Shown in pieces: positions 40,720 to 54,200 of a DNA stretch of 64,000 bases (position 1 is its first letter; every line of letters begins with the position of its first letter). The notes under the pieces were generated by a model that made no database searches, had not been told where the DNA came from, and saw only the letters and a list, made by a program, of their open reading frames with translations. The DNA comes from Macrostomum hystrix (lineage: Eukaryota > Animalia > Platyhelminthes), in the NCBI GenBank assembly GCA_950097015.1, contig CATNEN010000039.1, positions 9,052,001 to 9,116,000 on the forward strand, in the 5' to 3' direction. Made by a program: the position numbers and the translations under genes.

Positions 40720-42790
40720 GGTGTCATTCAGGGATACAAGCTTGTCCTTCAGTTATCCTTCAGGGATACAAGCTTGTCCTTCAGTTATCCTTCAGGGATT
40801 CAAGCTAGTCCTTCAGTTATCCTTCAGGGATACAAGCTAGTCCTTCAGTTATCCTTCAGGGATTCAAGCTAGTCCTTCAGTTATCCTTCAGGGATTCAAG
40901 CTAGTCCTTCAGTTATCCTTCAGGGATTCAAGCTAGTCCTTCAGTTATCCTTCAGGGATTCAAGCTAGTCCTTCAGTTATCCTTCAGGGATTCAAGCTAA
41001 TCCTTCAGTTATCCTTCAGGGATTCAAGCTAGTCCTTCAGTTATCCTTCAGGGATACAAGCTAGTCCTTCAGTTATCCTTCAGGGATTCAAGCTAGTCCT
41101 TCAGTTATCCTTCAGGGATTCAAGCTAGTCCTTCAGTTATCCTTCAGGGATTCAAGCTAGTCCTTCAGTTATCCTTCAGGGATTCAAGCTAGTCCTTCAG
41201 TTATCCTTCAGGGATACAAGCTAGTCCTTCAGTTATCCTTCAGGGATTCAAGCTAGTCCTTCAGTTATCCTTCAGGGATTCAAGCTAGTCCTTCAGTTAT
41301 CCTTCAGGGATTCAAGCTAGTCCTTCAGTTATCCTTCAGGGATACAAGCTAGTCCTTCAGTTATCCTTCAGGGATTCAAGCTAGTCCTTCAGTTATCCTT
41401 CAGGGATTCAAGCTAGTCCTTCAGTTATCCTTCAGGGATACAAGCTAGTCCTTCAGTTATCCTTCAGGGATTCAAGCTAGTCCTTCAGTTATCCTTCAGG
41501 GATTCAAGCTAGTCCTTCAGTTATCCTTCAGGGATTCAAGCTAGTCCTTCAGTTATCCTTCAGGGATACAAGCTAGTCCTTCAGTTATCCTACAGGGATT
41601 CAAGCTAGTCCTTCAGTTATCCTTCAGGGATTCAAGCTAGTCCTTCAGGGATTCAAGCTAGTCCTTCAGTTATCCTACAGGGATTCAAGCTAGTCCTTCA
41701 GTTATCCTTCAGGGATTCAAGCTAGTCCTTCAGTTATCCTACAGGGATTCAAGCTAGTCCTTCAGTTATCCTTCAGGGATTCAAGCTAGTCCTTCAGTTA
41801 TCCTTCAGGGATTCAAGCTAGTCCTTCAGTTATCCTTCAGGGATTCACGCTAGTCCTTCAGGGATTCAAGCTAGTCCTTCAGTTATCCTTCAGGGATTCA
41901 AGCTAGTCCTTCAGTTATCCTTCAGGGATTCAAGCTAGTCCTTCAGTTATCCTACAGGGATTCAAGCTAGTCCTTCAGTTATCCTACAGGGATTCAAGCT
42001 AGTCCTTCAGGGATTCAAGCTAGTCCTTCAGTTATCCTTCAGGGATTCAAGCTAGTCCTTCAGTTATCCTACAGGGATTCAAGCTTGTCCTTCAGTTATC
42101 CTTCAGGGATTCAAGCTAGTCCTTCAGTTATCCTACAGGGATTCAAGCTAGTCCTTCAGTTATCCTTCAGGGATTCAAGCTAGTCCTTCAGTTATCCTTC
42201 AGGGATTCAAGCTAGTCCTTCAGGGATTCAAGCTAGTCCTTCAGGGATTCAAGCTAGTCCTTCAGGGATTCAAGCTAGTCCTTCAGGGATTCAAGCTAGT
42301 CCTTCAGGGATTCAAGCTAGTCCTTCAGGGATTCAAGCTAGTCCTTCAGGGATTCAAGCTAGTCCTTCAGGGATTCAAGCTAGTCCTTCAGGGATTCAAG
42401 CTAGTCCTTCAGGGATTCAAGCTAGTCCATCAGTTATCCTTCAGGGATTCAAGCTAGTCCTTCAGTTATCCTTCAGGGATTCAAGCTAGTCCTTCAGGGA
42501 TTCAAGCTAGTCCATCAGTTATCCTTCAGGGATTCAAGCTAGTCCTTCAGTTATCCTTCAGGGATTCAAGCTAGTCCTTCAGGGATTTAAGCTAGTCCTT
42601 CAGGGATTCAAGCTAGCCCTTTAGTTATCCTTCAGGGATTCAAGCTAGTCCTTCAGTTATCCTTCAGGGATTCAAGCTAGTCCTTCAGGGATTTAAGCTA
42701 GTCCTTCAGGGATTCAAGCTAGTCCTTCAGGGATTTAAGCTAGTCCTTCAGGGATTCAAGCTAGCCCTTTAGTTATCCTTCAGGTATTTA
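40720..42790. repeat. Minisatellite, 32-bp unit (cagggattcaagctagtccttcagttatcctt) with a 21-bp deletion variant
   Basis: Tandem copies; 21-bp form dominates ~42220-42420. Confidence 0.97.
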
Positions 42791-43130
42791 GGCAGGGTGA
42801 TATTCAGTTATCCCTCGGTCGGGGCAGTGGCACCGAACAAAAAATCAAAGAAGTTCACTCTAACGAACGCGTAATTCAGCATTTCAGCATTATCTGAGAT
42901 TGAAGATAGAAAACAAGAAGCTGTTTAGAACAGAAGACAGTGTCAGGAGAACAACAAAACTCTAATTTAGAGTGATATAGCTTATCATGATTATTTGAGT
43001 TACAAAAACCGAGAATCAGTACCTAACAAACAGAGCAGCAAGGAACATAAAGGCAAAAAAGATGATTAAAGGGCCCAGGGTCCACAGAAGCTAGTTTAGT
43101 CCAGCTCAAGCAAAAGTATTGCTCACAATT

Positions 43131-46100
43131 TCACAGCGTAGTGTAGGTCAGTTCCTGCCTGTCAATGGATGCGGCGCCCGGAGCGGCACCAGCCGATGGA
43201 GCGGCGCCGCCGGCGGCCACGGAGGAGGTGCTAGCGGGCAGGGCAGGGATGCCGGAGACAGCCTGGGTGGCGACGCTGGGTGAGGCTACCATAGCGGCTG
43301 CAGCAACTGAAGTAGCCAACTGGCTGGGATCTGACACCAGCAGAAGGTTGGTGAAGTTCGGGAAGCCCAGCTGCTGGCCGCTAATTAGCTGGAATGATGG
43401 AGCAGCCGCTGCGGCCGCCGCTGCGCCCCATGGGTCAGCGGCTCCGCCGGCGGCTGCCGCGGCTGCTGCAGCAGCTGCCGCTGCCGCTGGCTGATAATAG
43501 AGAGGCTGGCAGAGCTGCCACTCGCCCTGCTGATTAATCACCGCGTATTGCGGAGTACCAGCGAATGATGTAATGTTAGGCAGGCTGGCTATCACCTGCT
43601 GCTGCTGCTGATGCTGCTGTTGCTGCTGCTGGTGCTGCTGAATCAGCTGTTGTTGCTGCTGTTGCTGCAGGAACTGTTGCTGTTGCAGAACTTGCTGCTG
43701 CTGCTCTTGCTGCTTCATTGCTGCTACCTGTAGAAGTACCGTTTGCTGTTGTTGTTGTTGTTGTTGTTGTTGCTGCTGCTGCTGCTGCTGAAGCTGCTGC
43801 TGCTGTTGGCTAGCCAGATTCACGGCAGCGGATTTGCTGGCTTTGCCGCCCTTACGCTTTGTACCAGCAGTGCCGCTCTGGCCAACAGGGACCGAGCCAG
43901 CACTGGCGTGGGTGGCTCCTGCTGCTGCTGAAGCTCCGGCCTTGCCTTTGCCTTTGACCTTGCCGCTGCCTCCGCTAACAGCTGCGCCGCTGAAGCCAGG
44001 CAGAGCTGCGGCAGCATCGTCCACAGCCGCAGTGGTTCCGGCCTCGACGGTTGCCGCAGCCGCCGCGGCGTCAGCTTTTCGTTTGCGTCGCCGTTCAGCT
44101 TTGAGCACAGATTTAGGATCTGGCTGACTAACACGCATCTCAGTGTAGTCGGTAAACACCTGGCGCAGATGCGGGATAATAGCTATTGAATATAGTCACG
44201 AATGCTCCAGGGAGTAAAATGGGATATTTAGAAAATTTAGTCCACAAGCTTTGGGAGCTTGGGACTATGACCGTGAGATCGGGAGTTCGTATCTCAAGTT
44301 GAAAATAGTTTGAGACCACAATGAAGAAAATTAATTTCTAATTGTTTCAATTTTATCTAGCAGTAAAAAGGGATAAGCACCAGCTAGGTTAGAAATTGGG
44401 TAGGTTTAGGCGACCCTTCCAGTCCACGGACTGAACACTAAACGAATAAAAAAGGATGGGCCAGTGGGGCTTTAATAGAGCTCAGATATCCCATAGACAA
44501 TACTAGATATCCCATAGACTATACTAGATATCCCATAGACTATACTAGATATCCCATAGACTATACTAGATATCCCATAGACAATACTAGATATCCCATA
44601 GACAATTCTAGATATCCCATAGACAATACTAGATATCCCATTGACTATACTAGATATCCCATAGACTATACTAGATATCCCATAGACAATACTAGATATC
44701 CCATAGACAATACTAGATATCCCATAGACAATACTAGATATCCCATAGACTATACTAAATATCCCATAGACTATACTAGATATCCCATAGACTATACTAG
44801 ATATCCCATAGACTATACTAGATATCCCATAGACTATACTAGATATCCCATAGACTATACTAGATATCCCATAGACAATACTAGATATCCCATAGACAAT
44901 ACTAGATATCCCATAGACAATACTAGATATCCCATAGACAATACTAGATATCCCATAGACAATACTAGATATCCCATACACTAGATGAGAAATCGGCTCA
45001 CCAGCTCAGAGTCGGGCACAGGTCCGGTGCGGCCCAGAATCTGGTCGCGCATTTTGCGCAGCGCAATGTAGAAGGGCAGCTTGTCGGCAGCGCGAGGCAG
45101 CTGTGCGCACCTGGCGCTTGAGGAGGGCATGACGAACACAGGGATATCACCGGAGCCAGCCAGAGGCTCGGGTTGCTTGCCCATGTAAAAGTTCTTGTTG
45201 CCCATGAATGCCTCGTAGATGCCTTGTAATGAATGGCGAAGGATAAAAAGATATACGAGCGTAAGCGGAATCTAAAAACCGCCGCCGACAATCTGAAGCC
45301 TTCAAATAATCACGAGGGCACCAAAGCCATGAAAAGTTTACCTTTGCCATTGAATACAGCGATTTTAGGCTTGTGTCGCTTCAACTTTGTAAGTAGTATA
45401 TCAGCGGCTTCTTTCATCTCTTTTCTGAAAGGGTTAACCAAAAAAGAGCCAGTGTACATAAGGTAAGCTTTGCGGTCGAATGAGTGAGCAAAATGAGGTT
45501 GAGTTGAGTCTGAAGGTGGATAAGCATACAGTGAGGGGCTAGGTCTTAAAAGGTTGAGTGTACATACGGGGGTAGGGCCTGGCAGGGTTGAGTGTACATA
45601 AGGGGGTAGGGCCTGGCAGGGTTGAGTGTACATACGGGGGTAGGGCCTGGCAGGGTTGAGTGTACATACGGGGGTAGGGCCTGGCAGGGTTGAGTGTACA
45701 TACGGGGGTAGGGCCTGGCAGGGTTGAGTGTACATAAGGGGGTAGGGTCTGGCAGGGTTGAGTGTACATTAGGGGGTAGGGCCTGGCAGGGTTGAATGTA
45801 CGTAAGTACGCTATAGGAAGCTGATCAAGTAATTTTGCAGACGAAAATGATTTGTGATTTTATTGACTAATGATTAACAATAAGAAACTAAAATCGCACG
45901 AAAAAATTCTTACCTCGTCAGATCTGCGGCGCCTTTAATCGGCCGAGTGACGACATTGGTGAAGCCGATGCCGTACTCGCAGATCCGGTAGTCGTCGTGG
46001 CAGGTGAGCGTGTCGTTAATGAGGCCACTCTCGGTGAGGCAGGACCAGAAATGGTTGCCGGGGCCGGCGTAGTGGTGCCCGGCGTACACGGAGGTCAGCA

Positions 46101-47039
46101 TGGGGTTGATGCCGATCTGACAATTAGCATTTGGCATCATTGGTATCATCAAATACTAACAATGCTACTATCAGTAGCTATAACAATGCTTCTGTCAAGT
46201 AGTACTAAAAGTACATGTATAACTTTTATTCGGAATTTCTCACCACGACAATGTCCAGTCCGTCGGCGAGGACGTCAGGCAAGGCCGTGACGGTGCTGGG
46301 CAGTGGCTGGTTTCTCTCGTCTACCAGCAGCTGATTGCGGAATCTGTCGCAGCGGGGGCAGGAGCCGATGGCCGTCAGCTCCAGGCGCTGCCGCTTCGTC
46401 AGCAGGCTGGGAGAATGGCAAGGTGGGAGATAGGATTTCTGTGTCAGCGAACTGGGAGATGGGGATGGCTGTGTCAGCAAGCTGTGAGATGGGGATAGCT
46501 GTGTCAGCAGCTGGGAGATGGGATGTCTGTGTCAGCTGGGAGATGGGGAAGGCTGTGTCAGCAAACTGGGAGAATGGCAAGGTGGGAGATTGGGATGGCT
46601 GTGTCAGCTGGGGATAGCAGTCTTGGGAACATGAGAATAAGAGGAGATTGACAAACCTTTCAACAGTCTTTGCACCAGGTGGAATAACAAGCGGCTTGTT
46701 CAGTTGCTGCTGCTGCTGTTGCTGCATTAGCTGCTGTTGCTGCTGCATGAGCAACATGTGCTGCTGCTGCTGCTGTGGAGTGGCTGGAGGGGTTGGCAAG
46801 TGCACAGAGGTGACAGATGAGCTTGGCTGGGACACAGGACTCATCAGGTGATTGCCTTGGTGCTGCTGCTGGTGAACGATGATTCCTGACTGATCGCCAT
46901 TCACCATGGCAACTGGGGCGTTTTGGACAATCATTGACGGCTGCTGCTGCTGCTGCTGCTGCTGCTGAGAGGGATAAGCGGCGCCAGAAGCGGCGTGGTG
47001 ATAGGCCGGGGCAAAAGTCTGACCAGCTGCGCTCATCAT
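43131..47039 (-). CDS. TDG: G/T mismatch-specific thymine DNA glycosylase family (TDG/MUG), paralogue A, with polyQ termini
   Basis: Exons 47039-46657, 46406-46244, 46116-45914, 45424-45342, 45222-45002, 44159-43131, all phase-consistent. Motifs LPDVLADGLDIVVIGINP, GHHYAGPGNHFW, YGIGFTN, PKIAVFNGK, VMPSSSARCAQLPRA. Confidence 0.95.
44260..44440 (+). mobile_element. Degenerate CORE-SINE family 2 copy in TDG-A last intron
   Basis: B-box-like gagttcgtatc; tail ccagtccacggactgaaca matches the reverse complement of 22014-22045. Confidence 0.55.
44484..44985. repeat. Intronic minisatellite, 21-bp unit (ctagatatcccatagac[a/t]ata)
   Basis: Tandem copies; same unit at 52300-52732. Confidence 0.95.
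45551..45800. repeat. Intronic G-rich minisatellite, 34-bp unit (gggttgagtgtacatacgggggtagggcctggca)
   Basis: ~7 copies; no such array in the matching paralogue B intron. Confidence 0.92.
46405..46615. repeat. Degenerate intronic repeat (gctgtgtcagc...ctgggagatggg)
   Basis: Short version of the 53905-54835 array. Confidence 0.85.
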
Positions 47040-47242
47040 TTAGCTGAGAAAACTACCCGCTCTGACGAAATTACCTCGGACGAGGCTTGAAAAAGCGAGC
47101 CTTCAAATGAGGTCGAGTAAAGTGAAAGGCGAACAGATTTACTTTTCTTTGTTCTCAGGTGCAATTTTTTTAGACGGCCGCGAGCAGTCTGAAAATAAAA
47201 GTATAAGTAGGGATATATTTAGATATATACCGAGTATAGGTA

Positions 47243-48190
47243 AGGATCTGTGAGGATATAACCTGAGTACAGGTGAGAATCTGGAGGATATAACCTGAGT
47301 ACAGGTGGGAATCTGTGAGGATATAACCTGAGTACAGGTGAGAATCTGTGAGGATATAACCTGAGTACAGGTGAGAATCTGTAAGGATATAACCTGAGTA
47401 CAGGTGAGAATCTGTGAGGATATAACCTGAGTACAGGTGGGAATCTGTGAGGATATAACCTGAGTACAGGTGAGAATCTGTGAGGATATAACCTGAGTAC
47501 AGGTGAGAATCTGTAAGGATATAACCTGAGTACAGGTGAGAATCTGTGAGGATATAACCTGAGTACAGGTGAGAATCTGTGAGGATATAACCTGAGTACA
47601 GGTGGGAATCTGTGAGGATAAAACCTGAGTACAGGTGAGAATCTGTGAGGTTATAACCTGAGTACAGGTGAGAATCTGTGAGGATATAACCTGAGTACAG
47701 GTGAGAATCTGTGAGGATATAACCTGAGTACAGGTGAGAATCTGTGAGGTTATAACCTGAGTACAGGTGAGAATCTGTGAGGATATAACCTGAGTACAGG
47801 TGGGAATCTGTGAGGATATAACCTGAGTACAGGTGAGAATCTGTGAGGATATAACCTGAGTACAGGTGAGAATCTGTGAGGATATAACCTGAGTACAGGT
47901 GGGAATCTGTGAGGATATAACCTGAGTACAGGTGAGAATCTGTGAGGATATAACCTGAGTACAGGTGAGAATCTGTGAGGATATAACCTGAGTACAGGTG
48001 AGAATCTGTGAGGATATAACCTGAGTACAGGTGGGAATCTGTGAGGATATAACCTGAGTACAGGTGAGAATCTGTGAGGATATAACCTGAGTACAGGTGA
48101 GAATCTGTGAGGATATAACCTGAGTACAGGTGAGAATCTGTGAGGATATAACCTGAGTACAGGTGAGAATCTGTAAGGATATAACCTTAG
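47243..48190. repeat. Minisatellite, 33-bp unit (gagtacaggtgagaatctgtgaggatataacct)
   Basis: ~28 tandem copies. Confidence 0.97.
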
Positions 48191-48759
48191 GTAAGTCCCG
48201 ACGAAAAATAGGCAGAAAGTTCAAAGAAAATAATAAAATGACAAACTTATTCCGCGAGCAAAGACAGCAAGCACAGAGACATACAGACAATTTTATTTAT
48301 TTGTTATAAAGAGGAGAGCGCCAGACATGACAATCAAAAGAAACACATAATATAGTTATTAGTTTAGGCTACAGTTGCAGAACGCAATCGAGAGTTAGTA
48401 ATTTTTTCGTATTCAGAAATAAAATGGATCTGATTTCGCGTTGTGCGCAACTTACTTCTATGCAATATAATCGCGCTATAATATTCTATACACTCAGCAT
48501 GAGGTGCCGCAGACACTTGTGTAATGCCTACATAAAAAAAGCAAAAGTGAATTATTATAGACCGAAATTGGCTTCAATGATATGATTTCTATGCCTGGGT
48601 AAATCTAAAACACTACTAAAACAAATTGAAGGGACATTTTTGTTGAATAAAAAACAACTCTGATTACATGATCCGTAGGAGCGAGAGAGTGGGCCACAAG
48701 CCATGTGGCTATAAGCATTATTACTCGTACAAGAGGCCCATGTTTGTTAAAAGATTAAA

Positions 48760-49400
48760 GGAGGAGGAAGGAGGAATCGGATGAAGGGAGCGGATGAAAG
48801 TAGCGGATGAAGGGAGCGGTTGAAAGTAGCGGATGAAGGGAGCGGGAGGAGGAATCGGATGAAGGGAGCGGGAGGAGGAATCGGATGAAGGGAGCGGGAG
48901 TAGAAAGCGGATGAAGGGAGCGGGAGGAGGAATCGGATGAAGGGAGCGGGAGGAGGAATCGGATGAAGGGAGCGGGAGTAGAAAGCGGATGAAGGGAGCG
49001 GGAGGAGGAATCGGATGAAGGGACCGGGAGTAGAAAGCGGATGAAGGGAGCGGGGAGGAGGAAGCGGAGGAAAGTAGCGGATGAAATGAGCGGGAGGAGG
49101 AAGCGGATGAAGGGAGCGGGAGGAGGAAGCGGATGAAGGAAGCGGGAGGAGGAAGCGGAGGAAAGTAGCGGATGAAGGGAGCGGTAGGAGGAAGCGGATT
49201 AAGGGAGTGGGAGGTGGAAGCGAATGAAGGGAGCGGATGAAAGTAGCGGATGAGGGGAGCGGGAGGAGGAATCGGATTAAGGGAGCGGATGAAGGGAGCG
49301 GATGAAAGTAGCGGATGAAAGTAGCGGAATAAGGGAGCGGGAGGAGGAATCGGATGAAGTGAGCGGGAGGTGGAAGCGGATGAAGGGATGAATGAAAAAA
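48760..49400. repeat. Purine-rich degenerate minisatellite (~26 bp, cggatgaagggagcgggaggaggaa)
   Basis: Tandem copies. Confidence 0.9.
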
Positions 49401-50589
49401 ACACAGCGGAAGGAGGGACAGAAAGTGGATGGCTAGAGAGGAAGAACAAAGGAGAGGAAGAAGGGAGCGGAAGTAGACAGCGGAGGACGCAACTAGGATA
49501 TTGTCAGCGTGAAGAACAGAGAAACGTATATTATCCACGAATCTGATCAGGCTCTAGAAAATTGAGTAGCACTTGTCAATCAAATTGAATTGGGTCTATA
49601 AAAACTTGATCAGCACGCAATTAGGTATGCATTTAAAATAATCAACGAGAAACAAGCACACGCAGCAGGGGCAGAAAGAAAAAAGTTTGAGTAGTTTTAT
49701 TTAGTCTGAGAATAGCAACCGATAAATACGCTTTAGCAATGGGAAAACCATTATGCAACAAAAATTCCCATTGCAGCCTGCAGATTGTGCTATCAAAGCA
49801 AGTCTCTAATAACAAAACAGAAAATTGGGAGTGCTAGCAACACGCGCGAATGCAAAGCAACACGCATAATTAGTGAATCAATCTTTATACAACAACAACA
49901 ACAAGACGGAATGCCAGGTTCTTTTTATCAATAAAAAAACAACAAAAATGGACCGCAGTAGAAGAGATGTAAAAGAGGAAACAAGCAGTTTTAGTGGTGC
50001 AATTTCTGAGCTAAGAAGCTGCTCTTCCGCGGAGTTCACGCGCTGGGGTGGACTTTAAGGCAAGCCGAACATTAACAAACCTACTAAATCGTTATTGACA
50101 GTTTTAATAATGTTACAGTTTACACACTACTTGCAGTAGCAGCTATGTGCTTCCTAAGAAAATCAACAAAACATATTAAAAATCTTTAAAAAAACACAAA
50201 CATAAAACCACTGCGCCACATAAGCAATCTGATTTCTGAAGATTAATCTTTGTAGAATAATAAAACAGTGTTATTCTAAAAAAAGCAAAACAGCAATTCA
50301 CCATTAATATATCAGCAGGCACGTGATTTTTCTAGAAAGGTAAATATGTGGCTATGATAATAAAAAGTAGCAGCCAATACCTTCGCAAATAGTTGAGGCG
50401 ATAAAAATGAGCACACAAAGGGGCTTGCAGAAACAGCAACAAAATAGATTTGGGAGCATGGATAAAATGAGGATCACAAGAGGATCAGGTGACAGGACTT
50501 GGAACCTGGAATCAGGTGGGATAAGGAAGCAGATAATAGGATTTGGGATCAGGTGAGAGTATTTAGGATCTTGGATTGAATGCAGAGAT

Positions 50590-50850
50590 TTTGAAATTAG
50601 GGATCAGATGGGGATATTTGGAATTAGGGATCAGATGGGGATATTTGGAGTTAGGGATCAAATGGGGATATTTGGAATTAGGGATCAGATGGGGATATTT
50701 GGAATTAGGGATCAAATGGGGATATTTGGAATTAGGGATCAGATGGGGATATTTTGAATTAGGGATCAGATGGGGATATTTGGAGTTAGGGATCAGATGG
50801 GGATATTTGGAGTTAGGGATCAGATGAGGATATTTCGAATTAGGGATCAG
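50590..50850. repeat. Minisatellite, 27-bp unit (ttagggatcagatggggatatttggaa)
   Basis: ~9 tandem copies. Confidence 0.93.
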
Positions 50851-51210
50851 AGATACCATTTTCAGATTTCACAATGAAGGGACACCGCTGTGCAAGCAAC
50901 ATCGGGTATCCATAGTTGAACTAAAACAGTAGTAACAAGGGAGATTGCAGACAAACAAATAAATAAATTTGGCCTGTTATTTCGCGATTTTCTGAGAGAA
51001 GAAAACCAAGCAAAATGTGGGAACAATTACTTAAAAATAATGAGTAGCAGCAACGGCAGCAGCAAGTCACAATTCCTCTCAATAAATAAAAACCCTACAC
51101 ACAATGAGAAATAGCAATGCATGAGAAATTAGGCAAAGGCCATCAGAAACAATGATGAATGAAAATCATAAAATTTTTATCTTACTAAATTAAAAGCAGC
51201 CAAAAAATTC

Positions 51211-54200
51211 CTAAAGCGTAGTGTAGGTCAGTTCCTGCCTGTCAATAGAGGCGGCGCCCGGAGCGGTCCCAGCCGATGGAGCGGCGCCGCCGGCGGCCAC
51301 GGAGGAGGTGCTAGCGGGCAGGGCAGGGATGCCGGAGACAGCCTGGGTGGCGACGCTGGGCGCGGCTGCCATAGCGGCTGTGGCAACTGAAGTAGCCAAC
51401 TGGCTGGGATCTGACACCAGCAGCAGGTTGGTGAAGTTCGGGAAGCCCAGCTGCTGGCCGCTGATTAGCTGGAATGATGGAGCAGCCGCTGCGCCCCAAG
51501 CGTCAACGGCTCCGCCTGCCGCTGCCGCTGGCTGATAATAGAAAGGCTGGCAGAGCTGCCACTCGCCCTGCTGATTAATCACCGCGTATTGCGGAGTGCC
51601 AGCGAATGACGTAATGTTAGGCAGGCTGGCTATCACCTGCTGCTGCTGATGCTGTTGAATGATTTGATGCTGCTGCTGATGCTGCAGGTACTGCTGTTGT
51701 TGTAGAGCTTGCTGCTGCTGCTGCTGCTGCTGCTGCATGAGCTGAATATAATATGGATTTATACAATGCTTTTGCTTAGTCAAACATAGTAATTAAGCAA
51801 AAGCTGCCCGACAATAAAGAAAAAAACTTTCACCTGCTGTTGCTGTTGCTGCTCCTGTTTCATCGAGGCAACCTGAAGCAGCACAGTTTGCTGCTGCTGC
51901 TGCTGTTGTTGTTGCTGAGCATTTTGAGCAGTCTGAGCAGCGTTAGCAGCCCCACCAGACGCTGCTTTAGATTTTGCAGTGCGTCCGCGTTTCTTCTTTG
52001 GCTCCGAGTTACCATCGCCTCCGCTGCCACTTTGAGCTGTGCTGCCGCCTCCACCGCCCGCGACAGCGCTTTGAACAGCTTCGCCGCCGCTGCCATCTGT
52101 GTTGGCGCCGCCTGTGGCCGCTGCGGCGGCTGCGTCGGCTTTACGCTGTCGGCGACGCTCAGCTTTGAGCACAGATTTGGGATCAGGCTGGCTAACGCGC
52201 ATCTCAGTGTAGTCAGTGAACACCTGGCAGGATTGCCGATTAGTTTCTTCAACAAATGCCACTTGCAAACCATTAGACTAGATATACGAGCCGTACCTTA
52301 GACTAGACTAGATATCCCATAGTAGACTGTACTAGATATCCCATAGACCATTCTAGATATCCCATAGACTACACTAGATATCACATATAGACACTTACAA
52401 GATATCCCATAGACTATACTAGATATCCCATAGACTATAATAGATATCCCATAGACAATTCTAGATATCCCATAGACAATACTAGATATCCCATAGACAA
52501 TACTAGATATCCCATAGACAATACTAGATATCCCATAGACAATACTAGATATCCCATAGACAATTCTAGATATCCCATAGACAATTCTAGATATCCCATA
52601 GACAATACTAGATATCCCATAGACAATACTAGATATCCCATAGACTATACTAGATATCCCATAGACAATACTAGATATCCCATAGACAATACTAGATATC
52701 CCATAGACAATACTAGATATCCCATAGACTAGATGAGAAATCGGCTCACCAGCTCAGAGTCGGGCACAGGTCCGGTGCGGCCCAGAATCTGGTCGCGCAT
52801 TTTGCGCAGCGCAATGTAGAAGGGCAGCTTGTCGGCAGCGCGAGGCAGCTGGGCGCACCTGGCGCTTGAGGAGGGCATGACGAACACAGGGATATCGCCG
52901 GAGCCTGGCAACGGTTCGGGCTGCTTGCCCATGTAGAAGTTCTTGTTGCCAACAAACGCCTCGTAGATGCCTTGAAAGAAATCAATGAAAATTGTCTTTT
53001 TAAAGCAATATTTCCTTTTACTGTTTTAAAGTGAAAATGTAATGTTTGACAGATATGTTATTAGAAGAAATTTATTTCATTTAAATAAATAGAAAAAAGT
53101 AGCTGACCTTTTCCGTTGAAGACAGCAATTTTAGGCTTGTGTCGTTTTAACTTTTGAAGCAAAATTTCAGCGCCCTCTTTCATCTCCTTCCTGAAAAGTC
53201 AAGTGAATAATTGGGCTAGACGGGTCTTATGTACATTGGGTGTGAAAATTGGTGCGGTCGAATGTACATTCAGGGTGTAAATAATGGATAGAACGAATGT
53301 AAATTGAGGGTAAGAGAAATGGTGGGGTGATGTGGGGGTGAGAATTACACTAAGGGTTTAAAGTCTGACGAGTAACAAATGTGCCTTTAGTCGTTGAATA
53401 TCAAAATTCTTACCTTGTCAACTCAGCTGCGCCTTTAATCGGCCGAGTGACGACATTGGTGAAGCCGATGCCGTACTCGCAGATCCGGTAGTCGTCGTGG
53501 CAGGTGAGCGTGTCGTTAATGAGGCCACTCTCGGTGAGGCAGGACCAGAAATGGTTGCCGGGGCCGGCGTAGTGGTGCCCGGCGTACACGGAGGTCAGCA
53601 TGGGGTTGATGCCGATCTGACAATTAGCATTTGGCATCATTGGTATCATCAAATACTAACAATGCTACTATCAGTAGCTATAACAATGCTTCTGTCAAGT
53701 AGTACTAAAAGTACATATATAACTTTTATTCCGAATTTCTCACCACGACAATGTCCAGTCCGTCGGCGAGGACGTCAGGCAAGGCCGTGACGGTGCTGGG
53801 CAGCGGCTGGTTTCTCTCGTCTACCAGCAGCTGATTGCGGAATCTGTCGCAGCGGGGGCAGGAGCCGATGGCCGTCAGCTCCAGGCGCTGCCGCTTCGTC
53901 AGCAGGCTGGGAGAATGGCAAGGTGGGAGATAGGATTTCTGTGTCAGCGAACTGGGAGATGGGGATGGCTGTGTCAGCAAGCTGTGAGATGGGGATAGCT
54001 GTGTCAGCAGCTGGGAGATGGGATATCTGTGTCAGCTGGGAGATGGGATATCTGTGTCAGCAGCTGGGAGATGGGGAAGGCTGTGTCAGCAGCTGGGAGA
54101 TGGGATATCTGTGTCAGCCGGGAGATGGGGAAGGCTGTGTCAGCAAGCTGTGAGATTGGATAGCTGTGTCAGCAAGCTGTGAGATGGGGATATCTGTGTC

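Noticed and set aside
47139-49538. 383-, 242- and 263-aa minus-strand ORFs between the TDG copies
   Set aside because: Minisatellite translations
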